A stretch of DNA of 64,000 bases. It comes from Rhina ancylostomus. Its lineage: Eukaryota. The stretch is from contig JARFYF010000058.1 in NCBI GenBank assembly GCA_030265395.1, positions 13,703,194 to 13,767,193 on the forward strand, written 5' to 3'. Below, piece by piece: positions 1-14,294 of this stretch. A model generated the notes under the pieces. It ran no database searches and was not told the DNA's origin. It saw only the letters and a list, made by a program, of their open reading frames with translations. Position 1 is the first letter of the stretch. Each line of letters opens with the position of its first letter. Both the position numbers and the translations under genes were made by a program.

Positions 1-84
1 TCTTGCCAAAGCTTCAACCAATTGCTGTGATAAGAAAAGCAGCAATATCAATTTGCATACATAGCAAACGGTTATTTCAAGTTT

Positions 85-380
85 GTGCAGCAGGTAGTGC
101 TACTGCCTCCACTCCCTACCTGCAGTCTGAGTGGAATGTGCACGTTTTCCCTGTTATGTGGATTTCCAATTGCTCTAGTGTCCTCTCTCATCTCAAAGAG
201 GTACTGGTGGGTAGATTAGTTAGCCATTGTAAATTACCCCTAGTTAGGATGGAGAGTGGTAGGCAAATTACGGAGTAGTTGATTGGCATGCAAGAGAATA
301 GGTTACAGGGAAATAAGTGAGGGAAGTGGAATTGATTAGGATTGTTCTGAGAACCAGCACTGACTCAGTGTGCCAAATGT
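85..380 (+). mobile_element. Degenerate V-SINE/HE1-like SINE
   Basis: gtggaatgtgcacgttttccctg...ctctcatctcaaaga...gccattgtaaattacccctag resembles the V-SINE core; similar to the copy at 28820. Confidence 0.55.
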
Positions 381-2394
381 CAAAAAGAAACAGGAGTTCA
401 TTATACAACTAAACCCAGCTACTTCCACCATTAATGATTTTTTTTAAAAAGGATATTCAATCCTGATACGTACTAATACTGTTAAACATGGAAGCAAATC
501 AGAAATTTGCCTTCTGAGAAAAAACTTCAGATGATCCATCTAGTCTACACTTACAAAAGTAAAGATCATGGATTGGCAAACCTCTGTTGTCTCACTAATG
601 ATGGCACTTCAGCACGTGTATTGAAACTCAACTCTAAAATTTTATACAATATCACTAATAAGGTAAATTGATAAGATGGCTTTTTCTAGAAAAATCAAAA
701 CCCAGAGGAAGTTCAAGAGTATAAATTAATGAAATTGTTGGTGGCCACTGCAGTTATTTCAATTCATTTTTAAATGCTAACAGCAAAGACTGGTACATTT
801 TGTAGATAATTGCATAATAGAGTTACTCTATCAAAGTCAGCTCCCCATCACAAGTGACATTAACACAAAAATAGAGTAGTATAATGTCATGGCTGTCAAG
901 CTTTAGAATTTCCCTCATATTTTTCAATAGCAGTATTCAATGACTGACCATGCAAAACCTTTATGCATTTTAGTTTCAAACTGTTTTCCTAGTTCTGTTG
1001 TATCCAAAGGCAAAAATATCAACATGTTCATTCATATGGAGACACCTCAAAAGCTTGAATTCCAGTTTTGGTCCTCTAGCTTTGGTGGTAATTTTTTGTT
1101 TTGAGGGGGTAGTGTGGTGCTGGAGGAGAAGAAAGGGCTGTGAGAGAGATTCAACAGGTTATATGACACTAAGGTGAACTGTATACTCTTCCCACAAAGT
1201 GTGAAGTTGGAATTTTAAATTATCTGGTTTTCCCAAGAGCAAGCTTCAAATACAGTGAACGCCCCACCCTTTTCTACCTTTCATTTGTTTTATTGCAATT
1301 TCACTGGCTCCATAAAAAGCCTTTGTAGAATTTTACATAATGTTGACTGGAATGGGTCAGTTCAAACTTAGTGTGGACAAAAACTGGAGCAAAATGAACA
1401 AGTTACACATCATACAAGAGAAAAAGATGAAAGTGGGAAAGGATATACAGTTATGAACTCTCTCAGAAGATGTGTTCAAATTTTGTTTCCTACACTACTT
1501 CTTTCTTACTAGAGGTCAATTTCCTCTAACTTTCAATGGAACTAAAGCATTTAACTCTTGCCTGTACCTCAAATAGATAAAATTTACAATTATATTTTAC
1601 AGCTAGATATCATCTCAGATAGTTTGGCACATGATAGAGTTAATAAGAGAAACAGGATTGGATTTGACAAGGTAAACTTCTGGAATAATATTTGTAGTAA
1701 TTAATATCCATCATTTCATAAACTTTTAGCTATAAATTACACAGATACTTGTAGCTACAGAAAATTAAGTTGGATCCCTCAAGTAAACAGAATAAAGTTG
1801 GTTTTAATATGGAACCACCTTCAGCTTTAATTTTACTTCAATTTACTAAAATGCTGGGCTTCATTCCATACTTTTGGGTTATATATAATCTCAATGCTGA
1901 AACTTATACACTATCTAAAAATATCCAAATTTCCTCAGAGCTTTGGCAATGTGAATTTAAATAGCAAATTTCATTAAAGCTTGGCAAATGCCACGAAGTC
2001 AATTATTAGATTATTTACACAAGTGATAACACCATCAGCACTCTGCAGTCGGTTTCTGCTGAATATCTTTAACAATTGAGGGTGATAGCTCTAGGGAAAT
2101 TGGTTTGCAGGGAACTGCTGAGCACAACAGTAACAAAAAAAGGAGCTGAATTAACATGACAGCTGAACTATTTCCAGGTTAAATGATAACCATTAATTCA
2201 GCTCCCTCCTATGGTCAGGTTCAGTAATTCATATGTTAGGAAACACTCAAGATTCAATCAACAGGCAACACAAAAAAAAGAGTAAACAGGAAGGTGAAAA
2301 AATTCTTTAAAAATCTTGCTAATGGCACTGGATGTCTAAATTGCATGGATTAATCGTTCTTTTACTTATTAAAATTAACATAACTTAGGCTTAC

Positions 2395-2738
2395 AATTTC
2401 ACGTTTGTTCAACCCTGAAGCCACGAAAGACATTTTTCTTTGAACTGTTGTAACAGTGCTCTTGGAGTTTGAAATCTTGTTGAAAACAGGAGATGAAGCA
2501 CGAGAAGATCTATTCTGCTTGAAGCTTTTGGACACTGCCTTTCTGTTGGTTTTCTCGGTTTGGGATGGTGGCAGACTTAGGCTGCCAGCTCCCCCTTGTG
2601 CACATTGCAATTCCATCCTGGGAGACCAAATGGAAGTCCTTTCTGCTGGTACCAGGACACACTCCTCCTTTCCTTCATTGTCCAATTTATGAATCAGCGT
2701 AATGTCTTTCAGTAACTTCTCATTACCAGCATTGACAT
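2395..2738 (-). CDS. BRCA1: BRCA1 exon 16 equivalent (start of BRCT1)
   Basis: 344 nt, phase 1 to 0, ends RKMSFVASGLNKREI|gtaagc, cf. human KRMSMVVSGLTPEEF. The remaining BRCT exons were not found and presumably lie left of the window. Confidence 0.93.
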
Positions 2739-4084
2739 CTACTTAAAGAGTAGGCACATTGTTAACAATGTTTTTAAGACACAAGAACTTGTAGGATTTG
2801 GACATTTTTGCAAACAGCAATGTTTAAAGGAATGCCAGAGAAGGGAAGACTAGGCAATAAGTGAAGTTAGATGTCATTTTAGTTCTTTAAGAAAGATTGA
2901 CATTCAAACCAACCATCAAGTTTGCAGACTATTTGAAGGAATTTGAGAGAGAAAACCGACTCACATGCATTAAACCATTTCCCACTGTTGGTCGGAACTC
3001 TTTTTCAATTATATTGAACTTTATAGAATAATTACAATAATGTAAATAAAAATGTTTAATTTTGTACAAAAAAAGCAATGCAGAAAAATTGAGGAACGCA
3101 AGGGAGAATTCAATTAAACTTCAAAAGGTAGGAATCCAACATAGCTTCAGCTGGTCAAGAGAATGGGATTATTTTGGAAAATACTGCAATTAAATGATTT
3201 CACCCAGCAGTGAGTAGCAGTAAACAAGTTATTGCTGAGGGCTTCTAACATTACTTACACTCAAATTTCACTGTTCAGTTAGTACTATAAATGGATTGAC
3301 TACATTGTACTTGAAGAGGACTTAAGAAACACAAGGTGACTTCTTGAAATATGTTGTCAACTGGGACCTTGCTAAGACTAATATTTTTCCCCTACAAATT
3401 CAATACCCCTTTTACCCAACAGTAAACATTGTGCTATTCTATCTATCTTTGAAGTCACAGGTGAAAAAGAATGCTTAGTAATGGGAACATTGCTTGTGGT
3501 ATTTCTCCTGGTCCAGAGAAGGAATGGTAGAACAGGCTAGACAGAGAACGATTAGTTGAAGAGTGCACAGGAAAGTTAGGTGGGCACCTTCATTGTGATA
3601 ATATAGGACATATAATATACATCAAGGAAACTTCAGCTCTGTCAGAACTATTCTTAAATATCCCACCGAATGCTAACCAGCATTGTGTGCAGGCTGTGTT
3701 CATCATTTGACAAAAGTTGCTAACCCTGACCCTCGAGTACTGAACCCACAGTATCCGTTTTTGCAACTACAGGCGTGCTCAAATTATGAAAATCAGTAGT
3801 TAGGTCCATTAGATCATAAAGTATTTAAATAGGCACATCACATGAGATAGTACGTCTTATTGCCCACTTTCATCCTTTACTCAAAATATCTATATTCAAG
3901 GCTAGCTCAAAATTTGCAGCTCAGTTGTTCTCGTGAATCAAGACAATAGCACTTGTGCCAAGCCACTTTGTTCCATTCCTAGGCAGAACCTTTACAGGCT
4001 ATACCGAGTGCTCTGTGCTAGCCATGCTTTTACCAATCATGAATGTTCTAATTCTGCATGTGTTATCTTTTATGCAAGAAATAC

Positions 4085-4257
4085 CTTCACTCTCCAAGTC
4101 TACTTGGTCTTTCATTTCTTTTTTGCTTTCTGCACTTGAAGGTTCTTTTATTTCCCCTTGAGAGCTTGCTTCGGATTGGAATTGATGGAGCAAGCCATTT
4201 ACTTCTTGAAATCTCTCTGGTATTTGCCCAATTTCCAAATCCATTAAAGGTTTCAGG
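4085..4257 (-). CDS. BRCA1: BRCA1 exon 15 equivalent
   Basis: 173 nt, phase 2 to 1, LKPLMDLEIGQIPERFQE...DLESE. Strong polypyrimidine acceptor, G|gtattt. Confidence 0.8.
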
Positions 4258-5275
4258 CTGTTGCAGAAGAAAAAGTTAAAAATATGTTAACAGTAACTGG
4301 AATCCACAAGGCCGTGCAGAGAAAATTAATACAACGTACATACTGCATTTACATGTTCTTTGTTATTCCCAGGACACAGGAACACATGAATATGAAATAC
4401 CTATAGCATCTTTTTGAACCCAGAATTTATTCTTTGCAATACTTAGCAAAGAAACATTAGAGATACCACAGCAAATTGTATGACAGGGATATTATGAAGT
4501 ACTGCTACTGGCATCATTAAGACTAAAACCAAGAACAATAACAAGGAGATAACAAAACTATCATCCAATTAACTATGTCCCCAGATATTGAACTTTTTCC
4601 AGATGCTGAACATTTGCTGTGAATTTTTAGTTGTTTTATTATTGTGAAATAACTGAACATTTATCATTGTTTTGTTTCACTCAAGTTACCATTTGGAGCA
4701 GCCAATTACAATCAGTTTCTAAAATTTTTAAAATCAAACCTTGGTCAAACTGCAGCCAACCCACTACTGACTGCACACTTATTAAGAAATAAATTTTATC
4801 AAAATGGGAAAATACAGAGTAATTATTCAAGTTCAATAACTTCCAAGATTGCTCTGCATCTGGTGAGAATAAGAACATCTATAATTGCTACACAAATACC
4901 AATAGCAAGATCAAATTCCAATGAACATCTCTGAAGCACATACTCCCACATTAGTTATGATTTAGTCCATTTCAACCCATGTGCCTTTGCTGAAGCCAAA
5001 CTGCTCAGAAGGGAAGCACTAAAAACATTTTTAGTTATAAGAGATAGGTAAATAATTTATGACAGTATGGGAAAAGGCCACAGACATGGCAGTAATGTTA
5101 CAGAGTTCAGCAACAGTTAGGTGAGAGTAGATAGTGGGGTGAGGGGAAACAGGAAAAAGTTACGCCAGACCCTGCAAATTCAATACCCACATGCTATTCC
5201 TTTAATCAAGGATATATGAAAATTTTAAAAGGTACCTCAGTAACCATTTTACAATTTTGGAAGTTGAAATCTTAC

Positions 5276-5417
5276 CATTCAGTCTCTTCTTTATCCCCAT
5301 GTATAAAGGTTATGCTTGTGTTTAGCTGTTGTTGAGGTCTTAAGGCCTCAGTTGCTGGAAGACATTTTGATTTGGTTTGCAAAATCTCAGCATCCACCAG
5401 GGGAAAGGCAGCATTAA
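5276..5417 (-). CDS. BRCA1: BRCA1 exon 14 equivalent
   Basis: 142 nt, phase 1 to 2, (V)NAAFPLVDAEILQTK...DKEETE(C), aacag|...TG|gtaaga. Divergent in sequence; supported by phase continuity. Confidence 0.78.
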
Positions 5418-8400
5418 CTGTTAACATAAGAAACAATGGTTTGCAATTATATATTTTTCCCTGTATATACACTCAAGCTTACAACATGGAAGTAGATCTT
5501 TCAGTCCAATATTTCAATGTCTGATAAAATTTCGAGATCATACTGCAATTTTGGATTTGTTACTTAAACAAGTTGTCTTCAAGAATTGATCCTGTCCTGA
5601 GCCAATTTAATTGATATAACAAAATAAAATCCATTAATACTTCAAGTGGGTTTATCAGTAAAGTTAATCCAGTGATTCTCCTGCAAACGTGTTAGTTTTT
5701 CATATTTTTTCTTTAGTTTACACCCATGGGATTTGGTGCCTTTATACTTCAACATCTTCTTGCCAAAATTTTCCATTGTCTGTCATGCAAGTGGAGGTGT
5801 GGCAAAATAAATGGAAACATTTAAGCAATGCAAGAGGGTTTGGATCCTCATCAGATTGATAATACCTTAAGAAAAACATATTCTATTTTAATATAGCAAG
5901 CCAACAATTGGCAGAAAGGTCATCTTTTGAAAAAGCAGTGAGATGCCTTGTAAAGCAGAACAATTAAATTATATAGCGGAAATATTGTATGCATAAACTT
6001 TAAAGACAAGACAATTAAAACTAGATAGCTAGGTAGGTGGGGGATAACAGAGAGGAAAGAGACAAATAATATGGGAGTCATGGGAAATAATTACGAGTTC
6101 AAAAGTTATAGGATCTTGCCAAAGCACTGGATGAAAACATTTAAATAAGCATTGCTTATATGCTCTCAATATGACTCAAGAAGAATTTTAAAATCAACAC
6201 TTCACTAAAAATTTCTAGCATACATCTTTAAGATTTATCTTTCACAATCAAATCCAATTTGAAAAAGAACATTCTTTCTCAAAGAAACTGCCAATTGTTA
6301 AATCAGATGTCTTGTGACAGAATTGCCAACATGAGATGGTACCACATTTACTTTCTTAAAGCAAAAGTCTTCAATTAAACACAACTTTTAAGAAGTCAAT
6401 GGAAAAGTTCTTTCCAGATAAGAGATCCTTGTTGGAAATAGATATGGTAAACGATTAAAAGAACAAAATAATCAAATCATGTGTTTGTGGACACGGACAA
6501 GATAAACTTGTGGTTACCCACTTGATGGCAATGGTAGAGCCCAAAACCATGTCTGTAATTATCTGCTTGTTATAATACAATTTATTCCAGATGGAATTTA
6601 TCTGCAACTACATAAGTGTTAATGTATTTAGTATATACAACAACTAAACATCCTCCTGACTCTACAGAGAATTTATAATAGAATATAAATAACACCAGTT
6701 GCATAAGGAAATGATATGCAGTGCAGTATTGGAATCTGAAAGGCTGTCAGGCAAGACAGGAGCATACATGGATGTGATGCCCTTATAGTTTAAAAACTAT
6801 ATAGAAACTTACTGAAGCTCACACTCAAAGAATGTTCACTTAGGCAAGGTACTGGAGGGCAAATAGCAACAGAGCTATATCCAGCAAGCACTCATTCTTT
6901 ATACATAGGGGAAGAAAGTGTACAATAAGTGGATTCAACTGCTTTATTCATTGCACATAGATCCAAATAGTGAAAAATCAACAATGACAATAGATCAGGT
7001 ACATTTGAAAGTTCACTATTGAAGTGCAGAGCAGAATATTTTTCTCTAGCCTCCTGTACAAGTAGTATCAATAACAAGTGTAAGTGTCTTGATCTCTTAT
7101 TATGCTGTTCTAGAAAATGGCCCAGAGGCTACCCTGCCATTCAGTAGGATTCTGATAGATCCAGTGCCCAAAGTTCATTTAATGTCCAATCCCCATGACT
7201 CCCTTTGTCCAAAACTACTTTATCAGCCTTAAATATACTGAACCGAAACACCCCTCTGGAATAGAGAGCATCAAAAAAATTAAAAAATCATCTGACCTCA
7301 ATCCAAGATGGCCAAGGCCATATCCTGAAAATATGCTTCCTTGTTATAGACTGACCAGTCTCATGAAATAGCTTTTCAACATTGAACCTGTCAACTCTTC
7401 AGGATCTTGCATGTCTCAGTGAGGTAAATCAAAATATTTCTAAATTCCAATGAATCATGCTCAATGTCTTTGTTTCAATCTATGGAAACATTAAGTACGT
7501 CACTCCCATTACACAAGATCAGGGGCCCATGATATTACATTCAGGTTCTACATACATCTACAATTCAGTCATACCTGCGCTGCCCAAATTCAGGCCCACT
7601 ATCCAAGGGTGTAGCTGCTTCCTGTATCAATTTTTTAAAAAAAGACAATTCTCTCACTTTAGAATCCTGAATATTGTCTGCAACTTTGACTCCAGATTAA
7701 CTCTTGAAGTATACAGAAAATGTGGTTGCTTTGGATATACATGCAATTATTGGGATAACATTTAATGTCAAAACTGATAATTAAAGAGATTTCTTGCAAT
7801 TATTCCAATATATACTTGTGCACACTATTTTCTTAAAATATTCTGAAGTCCCAGAAAACGTCAGGTACCAGGGTGATCCCAAGAAAGTCAGTCTGTAAAC
7901 TAGTTCATTATATTTTCAGTTTCAGCTTTGCTGAGTCAGCAGTAGTCTTCATTACAGCAAATGGAAATTGACATCAAGAAGCTGCAGTTTAACTAAAGAG
8001 TACAGAGACTAATCTATGTTTAAATATAGGCTTAAATTCTACTCTATGGAGAAAGATTTCAATTTAACTAGTGTTTAAGCATAATGAATGGTGCTTTATT
8101 GTATTATGTTCAATTTTTCTACTATTGTGCACATGATTGCTTTTATCTTGAAGCTATAATGAAACTATTGAAAAAGAAGTAAATTCAACAATTATATAAA
8201 AAGAGCAATGCCATGCATCTGGACCTTCCCTGGTTTCAAACAGACCCTGATTAGCTGAATTTTCAGAATTGGACTGATTGGTCTTGGTTATATAATAAAT
8301 GTTAAATTCACACAAACTTCCCACACCTCAAAACAATAGTTTCAAAAAGTTCTCTGAACAAATTTTTCTATCTATAGACTTTTCTTTTATTAAGGCTATA

Positions 8401-8566
8401 GGAATGAATTTTTACTGAATTACCCAATTTAATTCATTATCCACTTTAATCAGTTAATGTTAAACTTGTATAAATATCAGAAATATAGGAACAAAAACCA
8501 GTCTCTAATAAAACACTCAGCATCTGCCAATGTTTTACAGTTTTATTTATGGTTTAAGAACTTTAC

Positions 8567-8738
8567 CCTTTTCTATCAATGAACTGTTTGTTTTCTGGTC
8601 GTGTTGAAGGCTCTCAGGACAGTCTTCTTGAAGGCTCATTAGTTTAGTGTCTTGGCTTCCATGTTGATCCAGGACTGCCTCAAGGACAGCCATTTCATGC
8701 TCAAGTTTCTTTATGTTATTCTGCATTGCATTCTTTTG
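8567..8738 (-). CDS. BRCA1: BRCA1 exon 13 equivalent (PALB2-binding coiled coil)
   Basis: QKNAMQNNIKKLEHEMAVLEAVLDQHGSQ..., cf. human [29 protein letters not shown]. 172 nt. Confidence 0.96.
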
Positions 8739-11700
8739 CTTGGGAAGTATGGGGGTGGGGGTGAAAGAAAGTTTCAAATTGAAGTAATGTGAACTGTTCT
8801 TGCTGAAAACATAGTGCATGAAACTCAGCTTAATTTCAACCTCAAAAACATCTTGTATAATACAACTAAAACACATTGCGTTCTGAAATTATTTTTACAT
8901 AAAATTTCCATGTTTCTTTACTGTTGAATATTACCACAAAAAAAAGACCACAGTAATAGCAGAAACAATTTAAAGCTCAAATATTCACCAAAAAAAATTT
9001 CCTAGTGGTACTAAATGAGAACAGAAAGGAACACCATTAGGTATGTATATTTACAGCATAAAAGTTCACTCCTTCTAACCAGTCACATACAAACTGTACC
9101 ATGACAGGCTCTATTCAACATCAGAAATGATGAGACAAGCTATAGATCAAATTTCTGAGAAATTTCTTTTACACTCTCCAAAAAAAACAAGGCAATATAG
9201 CAATAATTCTTGGCTACTTATTCAATATAATAGCTCATTTTATTGAATCCTGACCAGTTACATTCCACAAACATTACAATGCTCTATCTTCAGAAACCAT
9301 GCTCCTCACAGCATTACTTGATTCCAGTTCTGTTTATGCTTATATATTTTTTAAACTTCTCTTAACCAGATACTTAACAAGCGAGATAAACAGAACGTTG
9401 CTTCAGATGGCCATCCTTGTATCCCATCCCACTGATCAGCTGCATGGAAAAATATTGCCTCCAATCCCAAACCTTGTTTGCACTTTGGGTTTTGCAATTT
9501 TTTATTAAAATAGTGCAATCTAATTGAAATTATTCTGGCAACACACTTCATTATTTTAATTTGATAATAGTTAATACAATTGGCTTCCAAAGTGGATACA
9601 GATCCATTTGCAGCTATAAACTCAATTCCAAAAAACCCTCCACAAATATCAGCATACAAATTCTCAACACATTTCCACATGAAGCCCTGTTGCAGGAATG
9701 TAACATGCTTGGAGGCAAAGCAATACAGAAATATTCCTATAAACAGAAAAAGTGCTAATACATCAACAATTCTAAAATTAGAAAGACATCCGATAATGTC
9801 AAACTTGTCTCCCCTTGTGGATCCACTGGACCCAAGCTCTCCCATTTCAAATTCCATGATTTAAACAGACCAAAATGTCATGAGCCAAAAAAAAAAATCA
9901 GGAAATAGTATGCAAAATATGTGCAAGGAAGAAATAATAATCAAGACTGAAGAAATACACCCAAATTCTGAACAGATTGCAACCTTTTTTCCTGGGGTGG
10001 GCGAGTTGGGGACTGGAGGGGTAGGTTTGGGAAGGAAGCTGGGGGGGGGGGGGGGGGGGGGGAGGGCAACTTCTTCGCACACAAGGTGGTGTGTGTGTGG
10101 GGGGCAGGCTACCGATGGAAGTGATTGAGACAGGCACAATGACTGCAATTAAAACAAATTTGGACAGGAAAGGGGTGGAGGGATGTGGGCCAAATGCAGG
10201 CAAATAGGACTAGCTTAGTTGGTCATCTTGGTCAACAGGAAGAGTTGGGCTGAAGGGCTCATTTCTGCACTGTATGACTCTACAATTCTATTATTCACCT
10301 TCTTATCCCCCCCATCCTGAATTAACTGCTGCAACACAAGTTGCAGAAGTTTGGCCCATTGCACCAGGTTACAGAAAGATGGTGATTTGGGATGTAATTA
10401 GCTGGTGTTTTATCTGTCAGATTATGAACAGATGTATGCAGAGATTGGTATATGGTTCAATAATATCTCCAGCCAGATAGCTTGCTGGCATTCAGTATTA
10501 ACTCAAGTAGCTGTTACTCAATGAGTTATTCACACACAGGCTATGAGGAAACTAATGGACTGAATCTCATGAAATTTTTCCCGTGCTGAGCCATTTGAAG
10601 TCCTGGACTTAAGTTGTGTGCTTCCAAAGATGAGCCTTAGTATTCTGTCTGAGGATCTCCCAACATTTAAGTGGGGGACAAGCAAAGTTCCTCAGATCCT
10701 GCAACACTTGAAATCCCATTGACTTCAATGAGGGAATCCATGTTCAGAGATAAGACAAAGGACATATCGAATTTTTTTTAATGCTTCTTTGCCTTAATGG
10801 TTTAATTTAACTCAATTTTCCCCCCATTTCTTCACATTTAAGCTTTAAGTGTCTGGATTTAATCATTAATACATTTCATTGCAAAGCACCATTTGTGAAA
10901 ACTTTGGAGGCATTTCAGGCTGGATCCTGCAAACTACACCATCTGTGGTTCAGCCCTCCTGTCCACACCGCTGGATCCAACAGTCTGAAAGGCCAGCAAG
11001 ATATGTGGGCCAGATGCAGAGGGTGTAAACATGGGTGACAATTCTGGGCAATGGGCCTGGTTCAACACAAACCTACCCAATCTCTTCAGGTCAGCATGAA
11101 CAGAAGGATAAAAATATATTTGAAAGCAGTTCTAAAATACAGTAAAACTCTGATATTCCAGCATGTTCAGGACTTTGGTGATGTCAGACCAGCAAAGTTT
11201 ACAGATTGTTGGATGTTATTCATATTAATACCCCAACAGATATTTTAAATTTAATCATATTAGTATATTAAAATAAATTTCCCAATGAACCATAAAATTT
11301 TAAAGTGAACACTGGAACCCAGGCTCTGGGAAACATTACTTGGTAAACCATGCACTGACCCACTGAATTTCTGAAAGTTGGATAGTGGATTATTTGGAGC
11401 TTTACTGTATCTAAAATTAATTAAATGTTGGTTATTGAACATACTTTGTGGGGCAGAAATAGAAGGGGATAAAAGAAAGTGCAATTCGATCAACAAACTA
11501 ATTTTGTTCCAGTGGTTCCTTTCCCTCCAAACATCTTTCAGGTTTAGGTGCTTAAGATGCAAAAGAAAAATGCCACTACAGAATCTTTATGCAATGCACT
11601 CTTTCTAAGCAGCATTTAGGACTCGTCAATAACTTTTCAAGTACATATCACTATTTGTATATACTTGTCCAGCAGAAGTATTGTTGAACTCAGCAGTTAG

Positions 11701-11921
11701 TGGTAAACAAGCATTAAGCTAAAAACAGAAATGAAATCAAACCATGCGTCCAATATTTTATACAACTCCCTGAAGTCGACAAATCTAAAGGGCAAAATTT
11801 AAACCTTCAACTAATAAGTGAACATTTTATGATAAATTGGCAATATTTGTTTCACTTTGCAAGTTGTATATATGAAAAAATGTAATTTTGAAGGATCACA
11901 AAATGAAAATTAACATCTTAC

Positions 11922-12007
11922 CTGAGTGGTGAGAAATTCGCATTCTGGAGAGAAGGAATCACCTGTATGGCTGACATCACTGTCATAATCTGGCACTTTT
12001 CCAGCCT
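11922..12007 (-). CDS. BRCA1: BRCA1 exon 12 equivalent
   Basis: (E)AGKVPDYDSDVSHTGDSFSPECEFLTTQ, cf. human ...SDILTTQ. 86 nt, CAG|gtaaga. Confidence 0.93.
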
Positions 12008-12169
12008 CTGCAGTCAAACAGAGTTGGATTATCTATCATGGTAATGCTATCATCTGTTATAATCTAACTCCAAGTTAGACAAATGTAAGATTAAAACCAA
12101 AAATGCTAGAAATGCTCAGGTCAGGCAGCACCCTGTGCTTTCTCTCCAGAATTAATGTTTCAGTGGTGA

Positions 12170-12860
12170 GGCCAAGGGTCCAGAGGTACTAGGTTAAGTA
12201 ATCAATGTATGTGGAGCTGGAGGATGTGGTTAAAGTTCTTAAATATTTTCCACCACCTTCATAAAAGAGAGGGATTATGTCAATGCCATACTTAAACTGA
12301 TGGGAGAAACATAATAAGAGGAAGCATTGAGAATCTTAGCACATTTGAAAATGGATTAAAAACAACATCCAGGCTGTTAATAGTAATATGGGATGTAATT
12401 ACAGATGCTTTGACAGCAATTTTCAATGCTACCTGGAAGTTGGTGTGGTCCAGAGGATTGAAGGCCTGCCAATGTTGGATTATTGTTTAAGTAGGAGGTA
12501 AAGGATAAATCAGCTACAGGCCAGCAGTGGTAGTCAAATTAATGGAATAATAAAACGTTGTGGGACTAAAATGGACAAAATAGGATTTGTTCCATTAGCA
12601 GAGAGGTCAAAAACCAGGAGGCATGGATTTAAAGTAAATGGTAGAAGGATTAGAGGAATGGGAGGAAAGATTTATTCATCCTGAGGGTAACAGGGGTCAG
12701 GATTCAGCATCTTAGAGGGTTTGTATAGAGACATCTCATCAAATTTAGAAAGTTTAAATCTGAAGAGCTGACACCTGCTGGGCTACAAACCCTATGGAAA
12801 AAGGTGGGAGTTGGGTAACTCGCTTTTGATGGACATAATGGGCTTGTGTGTTGTAAATCT
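12170..12860 (+). mobile_element. Degraded CR1-type LINE fragment
   Basis: RT-region remnant plus a typical 3' end (gagaggtcaaaaaccaggaggcatggatttaaagt...). Confidence 0.6.
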
Positions 12861-14294
12861 GTTTGATTCTGTGATGGCCTTTCATTTAAAAAAAACTAGT
12901 TTCATTGGAGCATAAAGCTCACCAACCTTGAACATTAACTCACATTTTCCTCTCTCCACAGATGCTTCCTGACATGTTGAATGTTTTCTAGCTTTTGTTT
13001 TTATTACAGATTTTCAACATTTGCAGTTTTTTTTAAATATAATGAATCTAAATCTTTAGACATGATAAATGAATACAACCTGCACAATTAAAAACAACTC
13101 TCAGTATTATTGTCCCACTAAATCTATGATATTCTGTAGGAAGACAAGTTTCTTAGAGAGTATTCTCCCTAAAGAAAGAAACTGGAATTTTCTTTCATGT
13201 ANNNNNNNNNNNNNNNNNNNNNNNNNNNNNNNNNNNNNNNNNNNNNNNNNNNNNNNNNNNGCAATTTCAAGTTTTTAAATTCTCCTCTCCCCCCCCCCCC
13301 CAATAGGAATATCATTCTACTTTAATCAATGGTCAATATTTCCTTTAACTTTACGATTCCAGTACCCCCAACCTTCACTTTTGATTTCTCTATTCAAGGT
13401 TTATCTTTAATTCTCTTTTCACCTTTGTCATTGACTGCTGGTTTATTTTCCCACCTCTTTTAGTTGTTATTAGATAATCTGTTCCAAGGAAATCCTCAGT
13501 AAACAAGACCCATAGATTTGTTTAGACTGAATAATTTCGATAGGTTACTCTCAGGTTCTCCATTTATTAAATCCCACAGAAAGAAAAAAGCAGTAGATGC
13601 TGGTTTAGTTCTGTTTTTTCCTTGCTGTTCTTTCATTATCTGATGGAAATCCCTGAACACTAAATCACATACATTTTTAATATTGTGGCAATTACCTATA
13701 AAATGAGAAACTAAATCAGCAATGCACCATGAATAGGATCAGGTGCAAGGTGCAGCATGCTGATATCTCTATCAGTTGCCAAAGGAGATGATTTATTTAA
13801 ATACATTATTATATANNNNNNNNNNAATGAAATGAAGATGCTTGTTTGTAACTTTGAGAAGGCTGCCACAGATTCAGTGATCTCTGTTGCAGATTTTCCC
13901 TTTCCCAAAATCAGTTGCTATCAGGTAGCAGCTTGAGGGAATCTCCAATGTCTAACCACACCAAAGAATGCTGACGGCAAATCAGCATGAAATGAAAAGT
14001 GCAAGTTTTCAAGATTATATCTTTACACTTTGACAAAGAACAAAGATTGGGACACATGGAAAAAAGTGGCAAAACTCAAAATACTAGAAACAAACACTAC
14101 CAATGAAAATCAATTATTAGTTTATAAATCAAAAGAATTTTGAAATAATCTGAGGGAAACAGAAATAATTTTATGTGCAGATTGCTGTGGCCTCGAAAGC
14201 TGATTGAGCAGTAAAGTTGACTTACAAAATCTTTAAAACTCAGTTGTCTCACTTAAGATGCAACATTTCCAGTTTTTTAAAAAAATACACATAA

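Noticed and set aside
1-2394. Next BRCT exon (human exon 17 equivalent)
   Set aside because: No THVxMKT-like coding segment was found; it is presumably outside the window.
5700-5866. Possible extra exon between exons 13 and 14
   Set aside because: The frames I translated hit stops with no suitable donor, and the neighbouring exons are already phase-compatible.
9990-10105. Poly-G/G-rich tract as a functional G-quadruplex
   Set aside because: A homopolymer next to a LINE tail; likely low complexity or a sequencing artefact.
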